Shown piece by piece: positions 17,821 through 27,536 of a stretch of 32,000 nt of DNA (position 1 is the stretch's first letter; the number at the start of each line of letters is the position of its first letter). The DNA lies in assembly GCF_014280175.1 (NCBI RefSeq), contig NZ_CP047931.1:210001-242000 (forward strand), written 5' to 3'. The notes beneath the pieces are model-generated. The model was not told where the DNA came from. It did no database searches and saw only the letters and a list, made by a program, of their open reading frames with translations. The DNA comes from Synechococcus sp. A15-28. Its GTDB lineage: Bacteria; Cyanobacteriota; Cyanobacteriia; PCC-6307; Cyanobiaceae. Made by a program: the position numbers and the translations under genes.

Positions 17821-19220
17821 CGATTCAACGGATCTGCTGCATCGGTGCCGGTTACGTGGGTGGCCCGACGATGGCCGTGATCGCCGATCGCTGTCCTGAG
17901 ATCGAGGTGACCGTGGTGGACATCAACCAGGCGCGGATTGACGCCTGGAATGATCCGGATCTGAGTCTGCTGCCTGTTTATGAGCCCGGTCTGGATGCGG
18001 TGGTGGGCCGCACCCGTGGCCGCAACCTCAGCTTTTCGACGGCCGTGGAGACGACCGTCGCCGCGGCAGACATGGTGTTCATTTCCGTGAACACGCCGAC
18101 CAAAACGAAAGGTGTGGGAGCTGGTCAGGCCAGCGATCTGCGCTGGGTGGAGGCCTGCGCCCGCACGGTGGCCCAGGCAGCGACTGGCCACACCATCGTG
18201 GTGGAGAAGAGCACGCTGCCGGTGCGGACCGCCGCTGCGATCAAGACGATTCTGGAAGCCGCCCAGGCGGATGATCAGCAGCGCAGCTTCTCGGTGCTCT
18301 CCAATCCCGAGTTCCTGGCGGAGGGAACGGCGATTTGTGACCTGGAGGCGCCGGACCGGGTGCTGATCGGAGGCGAGGATGCAGCCTCGATTGAGGCTCT
18401 GGCAGGGGTCTACAGCCACTGGGTGCCGGAGCCGCAGATCCTGCGCACCAACCTCTGGAGCAGTGAGCTGTCCAAGCTCACGGCCAATGCGTTTCTGGCG
18501 CAGCGGATCAGTTCGATCAACTCCGTGGCGGCACTCTGCGAGGCCACCGGCGCCGATGTGCGGGAGGTGGCGCGGGCCATCGGCACTGACAGCCGCATCG
18601 GCCCGAAGTTTCTCAATGCCGGCCCTGGCTTCGGCGGCAGCTGCTTCCAGAAGGACATTCTCAACCTGGTGTACCTGTGCCGCCATTTCGGTTTGCCGGA
18701 GGTGGCCGACTACTGGGAATCGGTGGTGGCGCTGAACACCTGGCAGCAGCACCGGATCGCCCGGTTGGTGGTGCAGAAGCTCTTCGGCACGGTGACGGGC
18801 AAGCGTCTGGCGGTGTTGGGGTTTGCCTTCAAGGCGGACACCAACGACACCCGCGAGGCGCCGGCGATCCGTATCTGCGGAGATCTGTTGGAGGAGGGAG
18901 CGCAGCTGGCGATCCATGACCCCAAGGTGGACCCCGCCCAGATGGCCCGTGATCTCAACCAGGATGCGGCCGCGGCGGCGGATGCCCTCAGCGGGACGGG
19001 CAGCTGGGCCCTGGCGGAGTCCGTGGAGGAGGCCGTCAGCGGAGCCGATGCGGTGTTGATCCTGACGGAGTGGAACGATTACAGACAGTTGAACTGGGCT
19101 GAGGTGGCGAAACGGATGCGCAAGCCGGCCTGGGTGTTTGATGCCCGGGCGGTGGCTGATCCCGAGGCGGTGCGGGCTGCGGGCTTGACCCTGTGGCGTG
19201 TCGGGGACGGCGAGGGTTGA
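17817..19220 (+). CDS. ugd: UDP-glucose 6-dehydrogenase
   Basis: [107 protein letters not shown] start overlaps the previous stop. Confidence 0.94.
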   Translation: MTIQRICCIGAGYVGGPTMAVIADRCPEIEVTVVDINQARIDAWNDPDLSLLPVYEPGLDAVVGRTRGRNLSFSTAVETTVAAADMVFISVNTPTKTKGVGAGQASDLRWVEACARTVAQAATGHTIVVEKSTLPVRTAAAIKTILEAAQADDQQRSFSVLSNPEFLAEGTAICDLEAPDRVLIGGEDAASIEALAGVYSHWVPEPQILRTNLWSSELSKLTANAFLAQRISSINSVAALCEATGADVREVARAIGTDSRIGPKFLNAGPGFGGSCFQKDILNLVYLCRHFGLPEVADYWESVVALNTWQQHRIARLVVQKLFGTVTGKRLAVLGFAFKADTNDTREAPAIRICGDLLEEGAQLAIHDPKVDPAQMARDLNQDAAAAADALSGTGSWALAESVEEAVSGADAVLILTEWNDYRQLNWAEVAKRMRKPAWVFDARAVADPEAVRAAGLTLWRVGDGEG

Positions 19221-20242
19221 TGACACGCACGCTCTTCGTCACCGGCGCTGCCGGCTTCATCGGTGCAGCCCTGTCCAAGCGACTTTTGCAGCGCGGTGAT
19301 CGGGTGGTGGGTCTCGACAACCTCAACAGCTATTACGACCCGGCCTTGAAACAGGCGCGCCTGCGTCAGGTCGAGGCCATGGCACCCGCAGGTGCCTGGC
19401 GTTTTGAGCCGATCGCCCTCGAGGACGGTGATGCACTTTCGGCTTTATTTGCCGAGGAACGCCCTGAAGTGGTGGTGAATCTGGCGGCCCAGGCAGGGGT
19501 GCGCTACTCGCTTGAGAACCCTGCGGCCTACATCCAGAGCAATCTGGTGGGGTTCGGCCACATCCTGGAGGGATGCCGTCACCACGGCGTTGGCAACCTG
19601 GTGTATGCCTCGAGCAGCTCGGTCTACGGCGGCAACCGCAACCTGCCGTTTCACGAGCGGCAGCCGGTGAACCATCCGGTGAGCCTCTATGCCGCCAGCA
19701 AGAAGGCCAATGAGCTGATGGCCCATACCTACAGCCATCTCTACGGTCTGCCGGCCACGGGTCTGCGCTTCTTCACGGTGTACGGCCCCTGGGGTAGGCC
19801 GGATATGGCTCCGATGCTGTTCGCGCGGGCGATCCTGGCTGGGGAGCCGATCAAGGTGTTTAACCACGGCAAGATGCAGCGGGATTTCACCTTCATCGAC
19901 GACATCGTTGAAGGGGTGCTGCGCTGCTGCGACAAGCCGGCCACCGCCAACCCTGATTTCGATCCTTTGCAGCCGGATCCGGCCACGGCGGCAGCACCGC
20001 ATCGGGTGTTCAACATCGGCAACAGTCAGCCGACAGAACTGTTGCGGTTCATCGAGGTGATGGAACAGGCCCTCTGCCGGGATGCGATCAAGGATTTCCA
20101 ACCGATGCAACCCGGCGATGTGGTGGCCACTGCCGCTGAGACGAAAGCCCTTGAGGAATGGGTTGGGTTCAGTCCCTCAACGCCGATTGAAGTGGGGGTG
20201 GAGCACTTTGCCCGCTGGTATCGGGCGTTCTACGGGGTCTGA
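19220..20242 (+). CDS. NAD-dependent epimerase, probable UDP-glucuronate 4-epimerase
   Basis: LFVTGAAGFIGAALSKRLLQRGDRVVGLDNLNSYYDPALKQARL, YASSSSVYGGNRNLPF, YAASKKANELMAHTYSHLYGLPATGLRFFTVYGPWGRPDMA. ATG 19220 overlaps the ugd stop. Confidence 0.88.
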   Translation: MTRTLFVTGAAGFIGAALSKRLLQRGDRVVGLDNLNSYYDPALKQARLRQVEAMAPAGAWRFEPIALEDGDALSALFAEERPEVVVNLAAQAGVRYSLENPAAYIQSNLVGFGHILEGCRHHGVGNLVYASSSSVYGGNRNLPFHERQPVNHPVSLYAASKKANELMAHTYSHLYGLPATGLRFFTVYGPWGRPDMAPMLFARAILAGEPIKVFNHGKMQRDFTFIDDIVEGVLRCCDKPATANPDFDPLQPDPATAAAPHRVFNIGNSQPTELLRFIEVMEQALCRDAIKDFQPMQPGDVVATAAETKALEEWVGFSPSTPIEVGVEHFARWYRAFYGV

Positions 20243-20253
20243 CCCACGGTCAC

Positions 20254-20278
20254 AAAAAAACCGGCCCTTAGAGCCGGT
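20254..20278 (-). terminator. Rho-independent terminator for the psbEFLJ operon
   Basis: Minus strand reads ACCGGC-TCTAAGG-GCCGGT-TTTTTT: 6-bp perfect stem, 7-nt loop and a T-tract, 30 nt downstream of the psbJ stop. Confidence 0.85.
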
Positions 20279-20307
20279 GATGGGGAAACGTAAAACCAAA
20301 GCCTGAA

Positions 20308-20508
20308 TCAGGCGGAACCGACACCCGTGTAGGAGCCATAGAAGAACAGGCCGACAACAAACAGAACGGCCATGCCACCGGCTGTGGCCACAAGCCACAA
20401 GGGCAGAACACCTTCAGTCCAGCGTGAACGCCAGGGCACAGCTGGACGGCCATCAGGAAGGCGATCTGGAATTCGACCGTCGGGGAATGGTGACTTCTTA
20501 CCGCTCAT
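20308..20508 (-). CDS. psbJ: Photosystem II reaction center protein J
   Basis: [56 protein letters not shown]; last gene of the conserved psbEFLJ order. Confidence 0.96.
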   Translation of the reverse strand: MSGKKSPFPDGRIPDRLPDGRPAVPWRSRWTEGVLPLWLVATAGGMAVLFVVGLFFYGSYTGVGSA

Positions 20509-20518
20509 CGGATCGCCC

Positions 20519-20638
20519 TCAGTTGAAGAAGTAGCTGGACATCAACACACCGGTGACGAACACAAACAGCAGGCCCAGATAGAGGCTGGTGCGGTTGAGC
20601 TCAACCGGAAGGTTGTTGGGATTGGGGTTGCGTTCCAT
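20519..20638 (-). CDS. psbL: Photosystem II reaction center protein L
   Basis: Manual minus-strand translation: [39 protein letters not shown]. Absent from the ORF track because of its size. Confidence 0.97.
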   Translation of the reverse strand: MERNPNPNNLPVELNRTSLYLGLLFVFVTGVLMSSYFFN

Positions 20639-20646
20639 GGATCAGA

Positions 20647-20784
20647 TCAGCGACGGATGAACTGCATGGCGGCAAGGGCGCCAAGGAAAAACACAGTCGG
20701 AACACCGAGTGTGTGCAGGGCCAACCAACGCACCGTGAAGATCGGATAGTTGCGTGGTGTTGTGGCGACGGGGGTTTGTGCCAT
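20647..20784 (-). CDS. psbF: Cytochrome b559 subunit beta
   Basis: Manual minus-strand translation: [45 protein letters not shown]. Heme-ligand His in WLALH. Confidence 0.97.
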   Translation of the reverse strand: MAQTPVATTPRNYPIFTVRWLALHTLGVPTVFFLGALAAMQFIRR

Positions 20785-20787
20785 GGG

Positions 20788-21036
20788 TTATTTCAGGCGA
20801 ACATCGAGTTCAGATTTGCCCTCATAGCGCTGGCTCACCACAGGGGCCTTGCTTTCCGTTGCCTGGAAGTAAGCATCCGGACGGGGAGTGCCGAAGGCGT
20901 CGTAGGCCAGACCAGTGGAAACAAAAAGGAAGCCGGCGAGAAAGATCGACGGAAGGGTCACGAAGTGAATCACCCAGTAGCGAATGCTCGTGATGATTTC
21001 GAAGAACGGGCGTTCCCCTGTAGAGCCTGCAGCCAT
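20788..21036 (-). CDS. psbE: Cytochrome b559 subunit alpha
   Basis: [57 protein letters not shown]; first gene of psbEFLJ. Confidence 0.97.
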   Translation of the reverse strand: MAAGSTGERPFFEIITSIRYWVIHFVTLPSIFLAGFLFVSTGLAYDAFGTPRPDAYFQATESKAPVVSQRYEGKSELDVRLK

Positions 21037-21106
21037 AGCTCGGGCGTATCAGCTAAGTGATTCTAGGGGGTGACCTTGGTTCGCCGAGTGAGGCCAGAGC
21101 TCTCGG

Positions 21107-22108
21107 TTACACAGCGTTGCCGACCCAGCGCAGCAGGTTTCCGCGCTCACCCAGAACGAAGGCGTGATCACCGTCGAACACCATGCGGGTGAAGTTGCTG
21201 GGCTGGCGATCTCCCACAGGATCGATCTCCCAGCTGTCGGCACCGTCACGACTCACCAGCAGGGTGCCGTTGCCGCCGCCAGCCCAGATGGCGCCGTCGT
21301 CATCCCAGGCCATATCCATGTAGCCGTAACCATTGGTGATCGGGATGATCGCCTTGCTCCAGCTTTCGAGGTTTCCGGGTTCGTCGTTCAGGCGGATCTG
21401 AGCTCCTCGGGCCACCATCCAGAGGTTGCCGTCGGGTTGGTAGCCGATGCTCTGAAGTCGCTGGCTGCTCACCCGCTGGTGCACTTGCCAGACGGCATCC
21501 CCCGGCTGCCAGGTGGCGTAGAAGTTTCCAAGGCTGCTGACGCTGACGTAGCTGCCGTCATCACTGCGGCGCAGGTCACGCACGGAACCGGCAGCATCGG
21601 TGACCAGAGCTTCCCAGCTGCCGCCGTCATCGTGGGTCTCATAAACGGCTCCAACGTTGGTGGCCATCTCAGCGGAGTGGCTCCCCAGGGCTGTGATCAG
21701 GTAGGGCTCACCGGGCAGTTTGGTGTCGAGGAAGAGGCGAGTCCAGTTCTGTCCGCCATCGCTGGTGTGCATCAGCAGTCCGGGTTGACCGGCGATCCAG
21801 CCTTCATCGCCGTTGAAGTCGATGCTGATCAGACGGAAGTTTTCTTCCTCGGGAAGATCGAGGCTGCGATCGTTCCAGGTGGCGCCCCCATCGTTGGTTT
21901 CACGGATCATCCGGTTGCTGCCGACAAGATAGCCGTGGCTGGGTTCGGTGAAGGCAACGTCGAGGGGGTTGGCTTCGGTGTCGAGGTTGAGGGCCTGCCA
22001 GGGGCTGGTGGTGGCCGTTGGCAGGCGTGTGGTGACGCAACCACTGAGGCTCACCCCCAGCACCAGCACCAGCAACAGATTGATCGCGGAGGAGAAGAAG
22101 CGCGTCAT
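21107..22108 (-). CDS. ycf48: Photosystem II assembly lipoprotein Ycf48 (HCF136 homolog)
   Basis: Lipobox-like LVLGVSLSGC, repeated beta-propeller ETNDGGATW / HTSDGGQNW / ETHDDGGSW motifs, location upstream of psbE. Confidence 0.94.
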   Translation of the reverse strand: MTRFFSSAINLLLVLVLGVSLSGCVTTRLPTATTSPWQALNLDTEANPLDVAFTEPSHGYLVGSNRMIRETNDGGATWNDRSLDLPEEENFRLISIDFNGDEGWIAGQPGLLMHTSDGGQNWTRLFLDTKLPGEPYLITALGSHSAEMATNVGAVYETHDDGGSWEALVTDAAGSVRDLRRSDDGSYVSVSSLGNFYATWQPGDAVWQVHQRVSSQRLQSIGYQPDGNLWMVARGAQIRLNDEPGNLESWSKAIIPITNGYGYMDMAWDDDGAIWAGGGNGTLLVSRDGADSWEIDPVGDRQPSNFTRMVFDGDHAFVLGERGNLLRWVGNAV

Positions 22109-22119
22109 GGCGGAGGCGT

Positions 22120-22548
22120 TCAGCGGAGCGAGTAAAGGGAGAGGAAGAAGGCGAAGCCCAGGGCAAGGCCGCCGAAGATCAACACGTTTTTCTGCCCAGG
22201 GGTCATGCGATTGACCCCGATGCCGAAGTTGAGGTTTTCCTCAAATCCACTGGCTTTCTCGCGGGGGCCGATGTCACGGAAGGCCGGTTTACGGCTGCGG
22301 CACACAGGACAGCGGAACCCGGCGGGGTCGAGATCTTCGAAGGCCGTTCCGGCCTCGATCCCAACCTTCTTCACCCCTTCATCAGGGTCATAGACGTATC
22401 CACAGCTGCGGCACTCGAAGCGGTGGGTGCGTGGATCGCTCTCTGGAGCGGCCTCCACGACAGGCTCTGTCCCATCAGCAACTGGTGGCTGTTCCGTAGT
22501 CGGCAGCTGTTCCGTTGCCTGTTCGGCCGGCTGAAGCTCGTCGCTCAC
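22120..22548 (-). CDS. rubA: Membrane-anchored rubredoxin
   Basis: [15 protein letters not shown] ... [13 protein letters not shown] (two CxxC motifs) and a C-terminal TM segment. GTG at 22548 preferred over the track start 22569. Confidence 0.93.
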   Translation of the reverse strand: MSDELQPAEQATEQLPTTEQPPVADGTEPVVEAAPESDPRTHRFECRSCGYVYDPDEGVKKVGIEAGTAFEDLDPAGFRCPVCRSRKPAFRDIGPREKASGFEENLNFGIGVNRMTPGQKNVLIFGGLALGFAFFLSLYSLR

Positions 22549-22631
22549 CGCTCTGCTGCTGTGCGGCACGACTCTATCCGCGTCAACTCTTGGCAGTGAA
22601 TGCCAGACTGACGCCGTCTACGGGGACGTTC

Positions 22632-22994
22632 ATGTTTGCCCTGCCCGGCTACGACGCCTTCCTCGGGTTTCTGTTGATCGCTGCAGCTGTTCCAACTCTG
22701 GCTCTGATCACCAACAAACTCCTGGCGCCCAAGAGCCGCGCCGGTGAGCGGCAGCTCACCTACGAATCCGGCATGGAGCCCATTGGTGGCGCCTGGATTC
22801 AGTTCAACATCCGCTACTACATGTTCGCCCTGGTCTTCGTCATTTTCGACGTGGAGACCGTTTTCCTCTATCCCTGGGCAGTGGCCTTCCATCGCCTCGG
22901 GATCCTGGCTTTCATTGAAGCCCTCATCTTCATCACCATCCTCTTAGTGGCCTTGGCCTATGCCTGGCGCAAGGGTGCCCTCGAGTGGAGCTAG
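22632..22994 (+). CDS. ndhC: NAD(P)H-quinone oxidoreductase (NDH-1) subunit 3
   Basis: [21 protein letters not shown] ... [49 protein letters not shown] at 22632; the track start 22515 is spurious. Confidence 0.96.
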   Translation: MFALPGYDAFLGFLLIAAAVPTLALITNKLLAPKSRAGERQLTYESGMEPIGGAWIQFNIRYYMFALVFVIFDVETVFLYPWAVAFHRLGILAFIEALIFITILLVALAYAWRKGALEWS

Positions 22995-22996
22995 CC

Positions 22997-23737
22997 ATGT
23001 CAGATCTCACGTCTCCATCCATCACAGCGGTTCGCGATCTGCGGGAAGCCAGCTGCGGCCCGATCGGTGCACCGGCCGTCACCAGTGACCTGAGCGAGAA
23101 CGTCATTCTCACCAGCCTGGATGACCTGCACAACTGGGCGCGGCTGAGCAGCCTCTGGCCACTGCTCTATGGCACAGCCTGCTGTTTCATTGAATTCGCG
23201 GCTTTGCTGGGATCGCGGTTCGACTTCGACCGCTTCGGTCTGGTACCCCGCAGTTCGCCCCGCCAGGCTGACCTGCTGATCGTGGCCGGCACGGTGACCA
23301 TGAAAATGGCTCCGGCCCTGGTGCGGCTCTATGAGCAGATGCCCGAACCGAAGTACGTGATCGCCATGGGGGCCTGCACGATCACCGGTGGCATGTTCAG
23401 CGCCGACTCCACCACCGCCGTCCGCGGTGTGGACAAGCTGATCCCGGTGGATCTGTACATGCCCGGTTGCCCTCCGCGGCCGGAGGCGATCTTTGATGCG
23501 GTGATCAAGCTGCGCAAGAAGGTCGGCGATGAGTCCCTCGCCGAACGCCGCAAACACGCCCAGACCCACCGATATTTCACGGTTGCTCACCAGATGAAAC
23601 GTGTGGAACCCGAAGTGACAGGCTCCTACCTCCGGGCGGAAACCCAAAAAGCTGCCCTGGCCGCGGCACCGGCGGGCCAGACCCTCGCCACCGATGCGGC
23701 CGTTCTCACCCCCGCTCCAGAAGCTATCGAGTTATGA
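22997..23737 (+). CDS. ndhK: NAD(P)H-quinone oxidoreductase (NDH-1) subunit K
   Basis: [70 protein letters not shown]. Confidence 0.96.
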   Translation: MSDLTSPSITAVRDLREASCGPIGAPAVTSDLSENVILTSLDDLHNWARLSSLWPLLYGTACCFIEFAALLGSRFDFDRFGLVPRSSPRQADLLIVAGTVTMKMAPALVRLYEQMPEPKYVIAMGACTITGGMFSADSTTAVRGVDKLIPVDLYMPGCPPRPEAIFDAVIKLRKKVGDESLAERRKHAQTHRYFTVAHQMKRVEPEVTGSYLRAETQKAALAAAPAGQTLATDAAVLTPAPEAIEL

Positions 23738-24300
23738 GCGAAACCCCAGCCAACACTCCTGCGTCCAACGAGGAGACCGCTGCAGTGGTTGCCCCACAGG
23801 CCGGTCCTGTGAGCCAGTGGCTGCAGCAGCAGGGTTTTGAGCATGAGGTGCTCGAACCCGACCATGTCGGCATCGAACAGATCGGTGTGGATGCTGCTGT
23901 GCTGCCGATCATTGCTGCAGCGCTGAAAAGCAATGGCTTTGACTATCTCCAGTGCCATGGCGGCTACGACGAAGGCCCCGGTGAGCGCCTGGTCTGCTTC
24001 TATCACCTACTGGCGATGGCCGAGCAACTGGAGGCCATGGCGTCCGACCCGGCAGCGCATTTGCGGGAAGTGCGCCTGAAGGTTTTCCTCAGCCGTGAGG
24101 GAACACCTGTGCTCCCCTCGATCTATGGCTTGTTCCGTGGGGCGGATTGGCAGGAGCGGGAAACGTTCGATATGTACGGCATCCAATTCGAGGGCCATCC
24201 CCATCCCAAACGGCTGTTGATGCCGGAAGACTGGAAGGGTTGGCCGTTGCGCAAGGACTACGTGCAGCCGGACTTCTACGAAATGCAGGACGCCTATTGA
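23734..24300 (+). CDS. ndhJ: NAD(P)H-quinone oxidoreductase (NDH-1) subunit J
   Basis: [62 protein letters not shown]. Confidence 0.96.
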   Translation: MSETPANTPASNEETAAVVAPQAGPVSQWLQQQGFEHEVLEPDHVGIEQIGVDAAVLPIIAAALKSNGFDYLQCHGGYDEGPGERLVCFYHLLAMAEQLEAMASDPAAHLREVRLKVFLSREGTPVLPSIYGLFRGADWQERETFDMYGIQFEGHPHPKRLLMPEDWKGWPLRKDYVQPDFYEMQDAY

Positions 24301-25691
24301 TCCTTGTCCCGGCGGTGGCTCCGGTAGAAGCGCATCACCGCCAGGGCGAGGCTCCTGGAGTCATGCCGAAGCGTGGCCGTCGGTCTGGCTGCTTGCAGAG
24401 GCGCTTGGGTGACGTCATACCCATCTCGGCGGAGATCATCCGCATCGCAGGCCACGGGCTCCGCGCCGCGGGATCGGTAGTGCTCCACAAGGGGAGAGGC
24501 CCCCAGATCATCCTGGGCCAGCACCGCGGTGAACAGTCGCTGGTTGATGCCGAGGCTGGCCAGCTGCGCTTCGATTGCCCGCAGATGACCTCGCACATCC
24601 AGCCCATCGGTTTCCCCGGGCTGGGTCATCAGGTTGCAGATGTAGAGCCTTGGGGCGCGGCTTCGACCGATGGCGTTCACCAGTTCCGGCACCAGCAGGT
24701 TGGGGAGTAACGAGGTGTAGAGGCTGCCAGGGCCCAGCAGGATCAGATCGGCACTGGCGATGGCTTCAAGGGCACGGGGCAAGGCCGGGGGGCGTTCCGG
24801 TTGGCAGCCCAGCCGCACGATCGGGCTTGGGGCATGGCCGATGTTGCTTTCCCCCTCAATTCGCTCACCGTTCTCCAGCTCCGCCCAGAGCCGTACGTCC
24901 ACGTTGGTGGCAGGAACCACTTGCCCTTGCACCGCCAGCACCCGACTGGAGGCGGTGATGGCGGTTTCCAGGTTTCCGGTGATGGCCGTCAGGGCTGAGA
25001 GGAACAGGTTGCCGAAGCTGTGACCCTCCAGCCCACTGCCGGCGGTGAAGCGGTATTGGAACAGGCGGGTGAGCAGGGGCTCTTCCGTGGACAGGGCCGC
25101 AAGACAGTTGCGAATGTCCCCGGGGGGAAGCACCCCCAGCTCCCGCCGCAGCCGTCCGCTGCTGCCGCCGTCGTCGGCAACGGTGACGATGGCGGTGATG
25201 TGGCTGCTGTAGCGCTTCAGGCCACTCAGCAGGGTCGACAGACCCGTTCCGCCGCCGATGGCCACGATGTTGGGTCCGCGGTTGAGACGGCTCTGGGTGC
25301 GCAGGGCATCCACCAGCACCGTGTCCTTGTCCGGCGCGAGGGCCTGCTGGATCGCCCCGAAACTGCGGCTCTGTCCCCAGAGCACCAGGCCGGTGCCGAT
25401 GATCAACACCAAGGGGCCCGTGATTTCGCGCGGCAGCACGGTGGTGATCGTGCTGAGAAACCAGCTGAGGGTTTCGAGGATCCAGTAGATGGGTTTGAGG
25501 TCTGCCCAGACCGCGGCTCCCAGCAGGGCCATCATCAAGCCGAGCCCCGAGGTCAGCACCCAGCGTTTGACCACGAGACCCGGTTGCAGCCAGCGAACGG
25601 CCCGCTGCGAGCGCGTCATCAGGTCCCGCCGGCGATGGGCCCGCAGCACCCTGGCTTGACGACGTTTGCTGTGCGGTGTGACGGGCGGCAA
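24294..25691 (-). CDS. YvcK/CofD-like (gluconeogenesis-factor family) protein with N-terminal membrane segments
   Basis: [92 protein letters not shown]. Start could be downstream (ATG near 25619). Confidence 0.9.
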   Translation of the reverse strand: MPPVTPHSKRRQARVLRAHRRRDLMTRSQRAVRWLQPGLVVKRWVLTSGLGLMMALLGAAVWADLKPIYWILETLSWFLSTITTVLPREITGPLVLIIGTGLVLWGQSRSFGAIQQALAPDKDTVLVDALRTQSRLNRGPNIVAIGGGTGLSTLLSGLKRYSSHITAIVTVADDGGSSGRLRRELGVLPPGDIRNCLAALSTEEPLLTRLFQYRFTAGSGLEGHSFGNLFLSALTAITGNLETAITASSRVLAVQGQVVPATNVDVRLWAELENGERIEGESNIGHAPSPIVRLGCQPERPPALPRALEAIASADLILLGPGSLYTSLLPNLLVPELVNAIGRSRAPRLYICNLMTQPGETDGLDVRGHLRAIEAQLASLGINQRLFTAVLAQDDLGASPLVEHYRSRGAEPVACDADDLRRDGYDVTQAPLQAARPTATLRHDSRSLALAVMRFYRSHRRDKDQ

Positions 25692-25773
25692 GGGCCGGAC
25701 AATCCGGGCGTTTCAGAAACTGTACGGAGCCTGATGGGGCACGCCAGGATGTTGGTGATTTCCGTCCCAGCGC

Positions 25774-26559
25774 GTGTCCAAGTCCCAGCAGCCGGTTGTG
25801 GAGATGCGGGATCTGACGATGCAATGGGGCGCGCGGCCGGTGCTAGATCGCGTCAATTTGTTAATGCAGCCGGGCGAACGCCTCGCCGTGGTGGGCCCTT
25901 CCGGCGCGGGAAAGTCCACGGTGTTGCGCCTGCTGGCGGGGCTTCAGCTGCCCACCAGCGGAGAATTGCGGCTGTTCGACCAACCGCAGACCTACCTGCG
26001 ACTGGACCAGACCGATCCACCCGATGTGCGGCTGGTGTTCCAGAACCCTGCCCTGCTGGCGTCCTTGACGGTGGAGCAGAACGTTGGCTTCTTTCTGCGG
26101 GAACAGGGTCAGCTCACGCCGGCGGAGATCCGTGAGCGGGTGGAGGACTGCCTGGAGGCGGTGGGGCTGTTTGATGTCGCCCATCAGTACCCCGGGGAGT
26201 TGAGCGGTGGCATGCAGAAACGTGTGAGCTTTGCCCGAGCCCTGATTGACAACCCGCAGCGGGGGGACAACGCCATGCCCCTGCTGCTTTATGACGAGCC
26301 CACGGCGGGGTTGGATCCGGTGGCCTGCACCAGGATCGAGGACCTGATCGTGAAGACCACCACCGTGGCCAAGGGCTGTTCTGTGGTGGTGAGCCATGTG
26401 CGCAGCACGATCGAGCGGTCAGCCGAGCGGGTGGTGATGGTCTATGGAGGCCACTTCCAGTGGTCGGGGTCGGTGGAGGAGTTCCGCACGACGGATAACC
26501 CCTATGTCGAGCAGTTCAGGACGGGTAGCCTGCGCGGGCCGATGCAGCCCTCACACTGA
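25774..26559 (+). CDS. ABC transporter ATP-binding protein, MlaF/Ttg2A/TGD3-like
   Basis: VVGPSGAGKSTVLRLLAGLQLPTSG, LSGGMQKRVSFARAL, LLLYDEPTAGLDPVACTRIEDLI. GTG start at 25774; MlaD-like gene follows at once. Confidence 0.9.
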   Translation: MSKSQQPVVEMRDLTMQWGARPVLDRVNLLMQPGERLAVVGPSGAGKSTVLRLLAGLQLPTSGELRLFDQPQTYLRLDQTDPPDVRLVFQNPALLASLTVEQNVGFFLREQGQLTPAEIRERVEDCLEAVGLFDVAHQYPGELSGGMQKRVSFARALIDNPQRGDNAMPLLLYDEPTAGLDPVACTRIEDLIVKTTTVAKGCSVVVSHVRSTIERSAERVVMVYGGHFQWSGSVEEFRTTDNPYVEQFRTGSLRGPMQPSH

Positions 26560-26564
26560 TTGCC

Positions 26565-27488
26565 ATGCGACGCAGTGTTCGAGACGCCATCGTGGGCTTC
26601 ACCGTGATCGGTGGCATTGTCGGCTTCGCCGCCACGGCGATGTGGATGCGGGGCATTCGGCTGGGGTCCGGCCACTGGACGGTGACGGCGTCGTTCAGCG
26701 ATGCCGGCGGCCTGGCGGAACGCTCGCCGGTGACCTATCGCGGCATCCTTGTCGGTTCGGTGCGTTCGGTGCGGGTCACCCCAGAGGCCGTGGTGGCCGA
26801 CCTGGAGATCGACAAGGGAGATCTGCGCCTGGCTTTGCCGGTGACGGCCACGGTGGCGTCAGGCTCTCTGCTGGGTGGCGATGCTCAGGTGGCTCTGGTG
26901 AGTCGCGGAACCCCGCTTCCTGAGAAGGCTCCGCTGCCGAAGGCCGGCAACTGCGACACCAGTCGTCAGCTCTGTAACGGCGCCACGATCCAGGGTCAGG
27001 AAGCCCCAAGCCTCACCACGGTGACCGAAAGCCTGCAATTACTGCTGTCCCAGGCCAAGGACGCTCAACTGGTTCCCAACCTGGCCAAATCGACAAAGCA
27101 GTTCGAGCAGACCGCGATCGACGCGTCGGAGTTCCTCACCAACGCTGATGCAACGTCGCGGGAGATCGCTGGACTTGTTGAACAGTTGCGTGTGGAGATC
27201 GCCAGAGCCCAGCCGATGATCGACAACCTCAATGCTGCAACCGCCAACGCAATGCAGGCGTCAGCCCACGTGAACAACATCTTGGCGGCTCTGGACAACC
27301 CCAAGACCATCAATGAACTGCGTCAGACCGCGGCCAACGCAGCGCAACTCAGCGCCAAGATCGATGCTGTCGGTGGCGATGTGGCCAAACTCACCGCTGA
27401 CCCGGCATTCATGGATGGTTTGCGCAATGTGACCATCGGCCTGGGGGCTCTGTTTTCGGAGGTTTATCCAGCTGAAACCAATAACTAA
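26565..27488 (+). CDS. MlaD/TGD2-like (MCE domain) protein
   Basis: N-terminal TM then GIRLGSGHWTVTASFSDAGGLAERSPVTYRGILVGSVRSVRVTPEAVVADLEI, typical of an MCE domain. Confidence 0.9.
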   Translation: MRRSVRDAIVGFTVIGGIVGFAATAMWMRGIRLGSGHWTVTASFSDAGGLAERSPVTYRGILVGSVRSVRVTPEAVVADLEIDKGDLRLALPVTATVASGSLLGGDAQVALVSRGTPLPEKAPLPKAGNCDTSRQLCNGATIQGQEAPSLTTVTESLQLLLSQAKDAQLVPNLAKSTKQFEQTAIDASEFLTNADATSREIAGLVEQLRVEIARAQPMIDNLNAATANAMQASAHVNNILAALDNPKTINELRQTAANAAQLSAKIDAVGGDVAKLTADPAFMDGLRNVTIGLGALFSEVYPAETNN

Positions 27489-27524
27489 GCACGATATCGT
27501 TAAAATTTAGATGCGATATCGTGC
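27489..27524. repeat. 11-bp perfect inverted repeat between convergent mlaD-like gene and chlD; possible bidirectional hairpin
   Basis: GCACGATATCG (27489-27499), 14-nt spacer TTAAAATTTAGATG, CGATATCGTGC (27514-27524). No T-tract follows on either strand. Confidence 0.75.
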
Positions 27525-27536
27525 CAAACGAGATGG

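Noticed and set aside
17685-19226. 513-aa minus-strand ORF antisense to ugd
   Set aside because: ugd on the plus strand has full-length conserved motifs. The antisense translation is low complexity (His/Arg/Gly/Gln rich) and has no recognisable domain, as expected of a shadow ORF in GC-rich coding DNA.
21060-21065. Possible minus-strand -10 box (TAGAAT) upstream of psbE
   Set aside because: No convincing -35 element at proper spacing; too weak to list without TSS data.
25020-26135. 371-aa plus-strand ORF overlapping the YvcK-like gene and the MlaF-like gene
   Set aside because: It crosses two convincing genes in other frames and has no family motifs.
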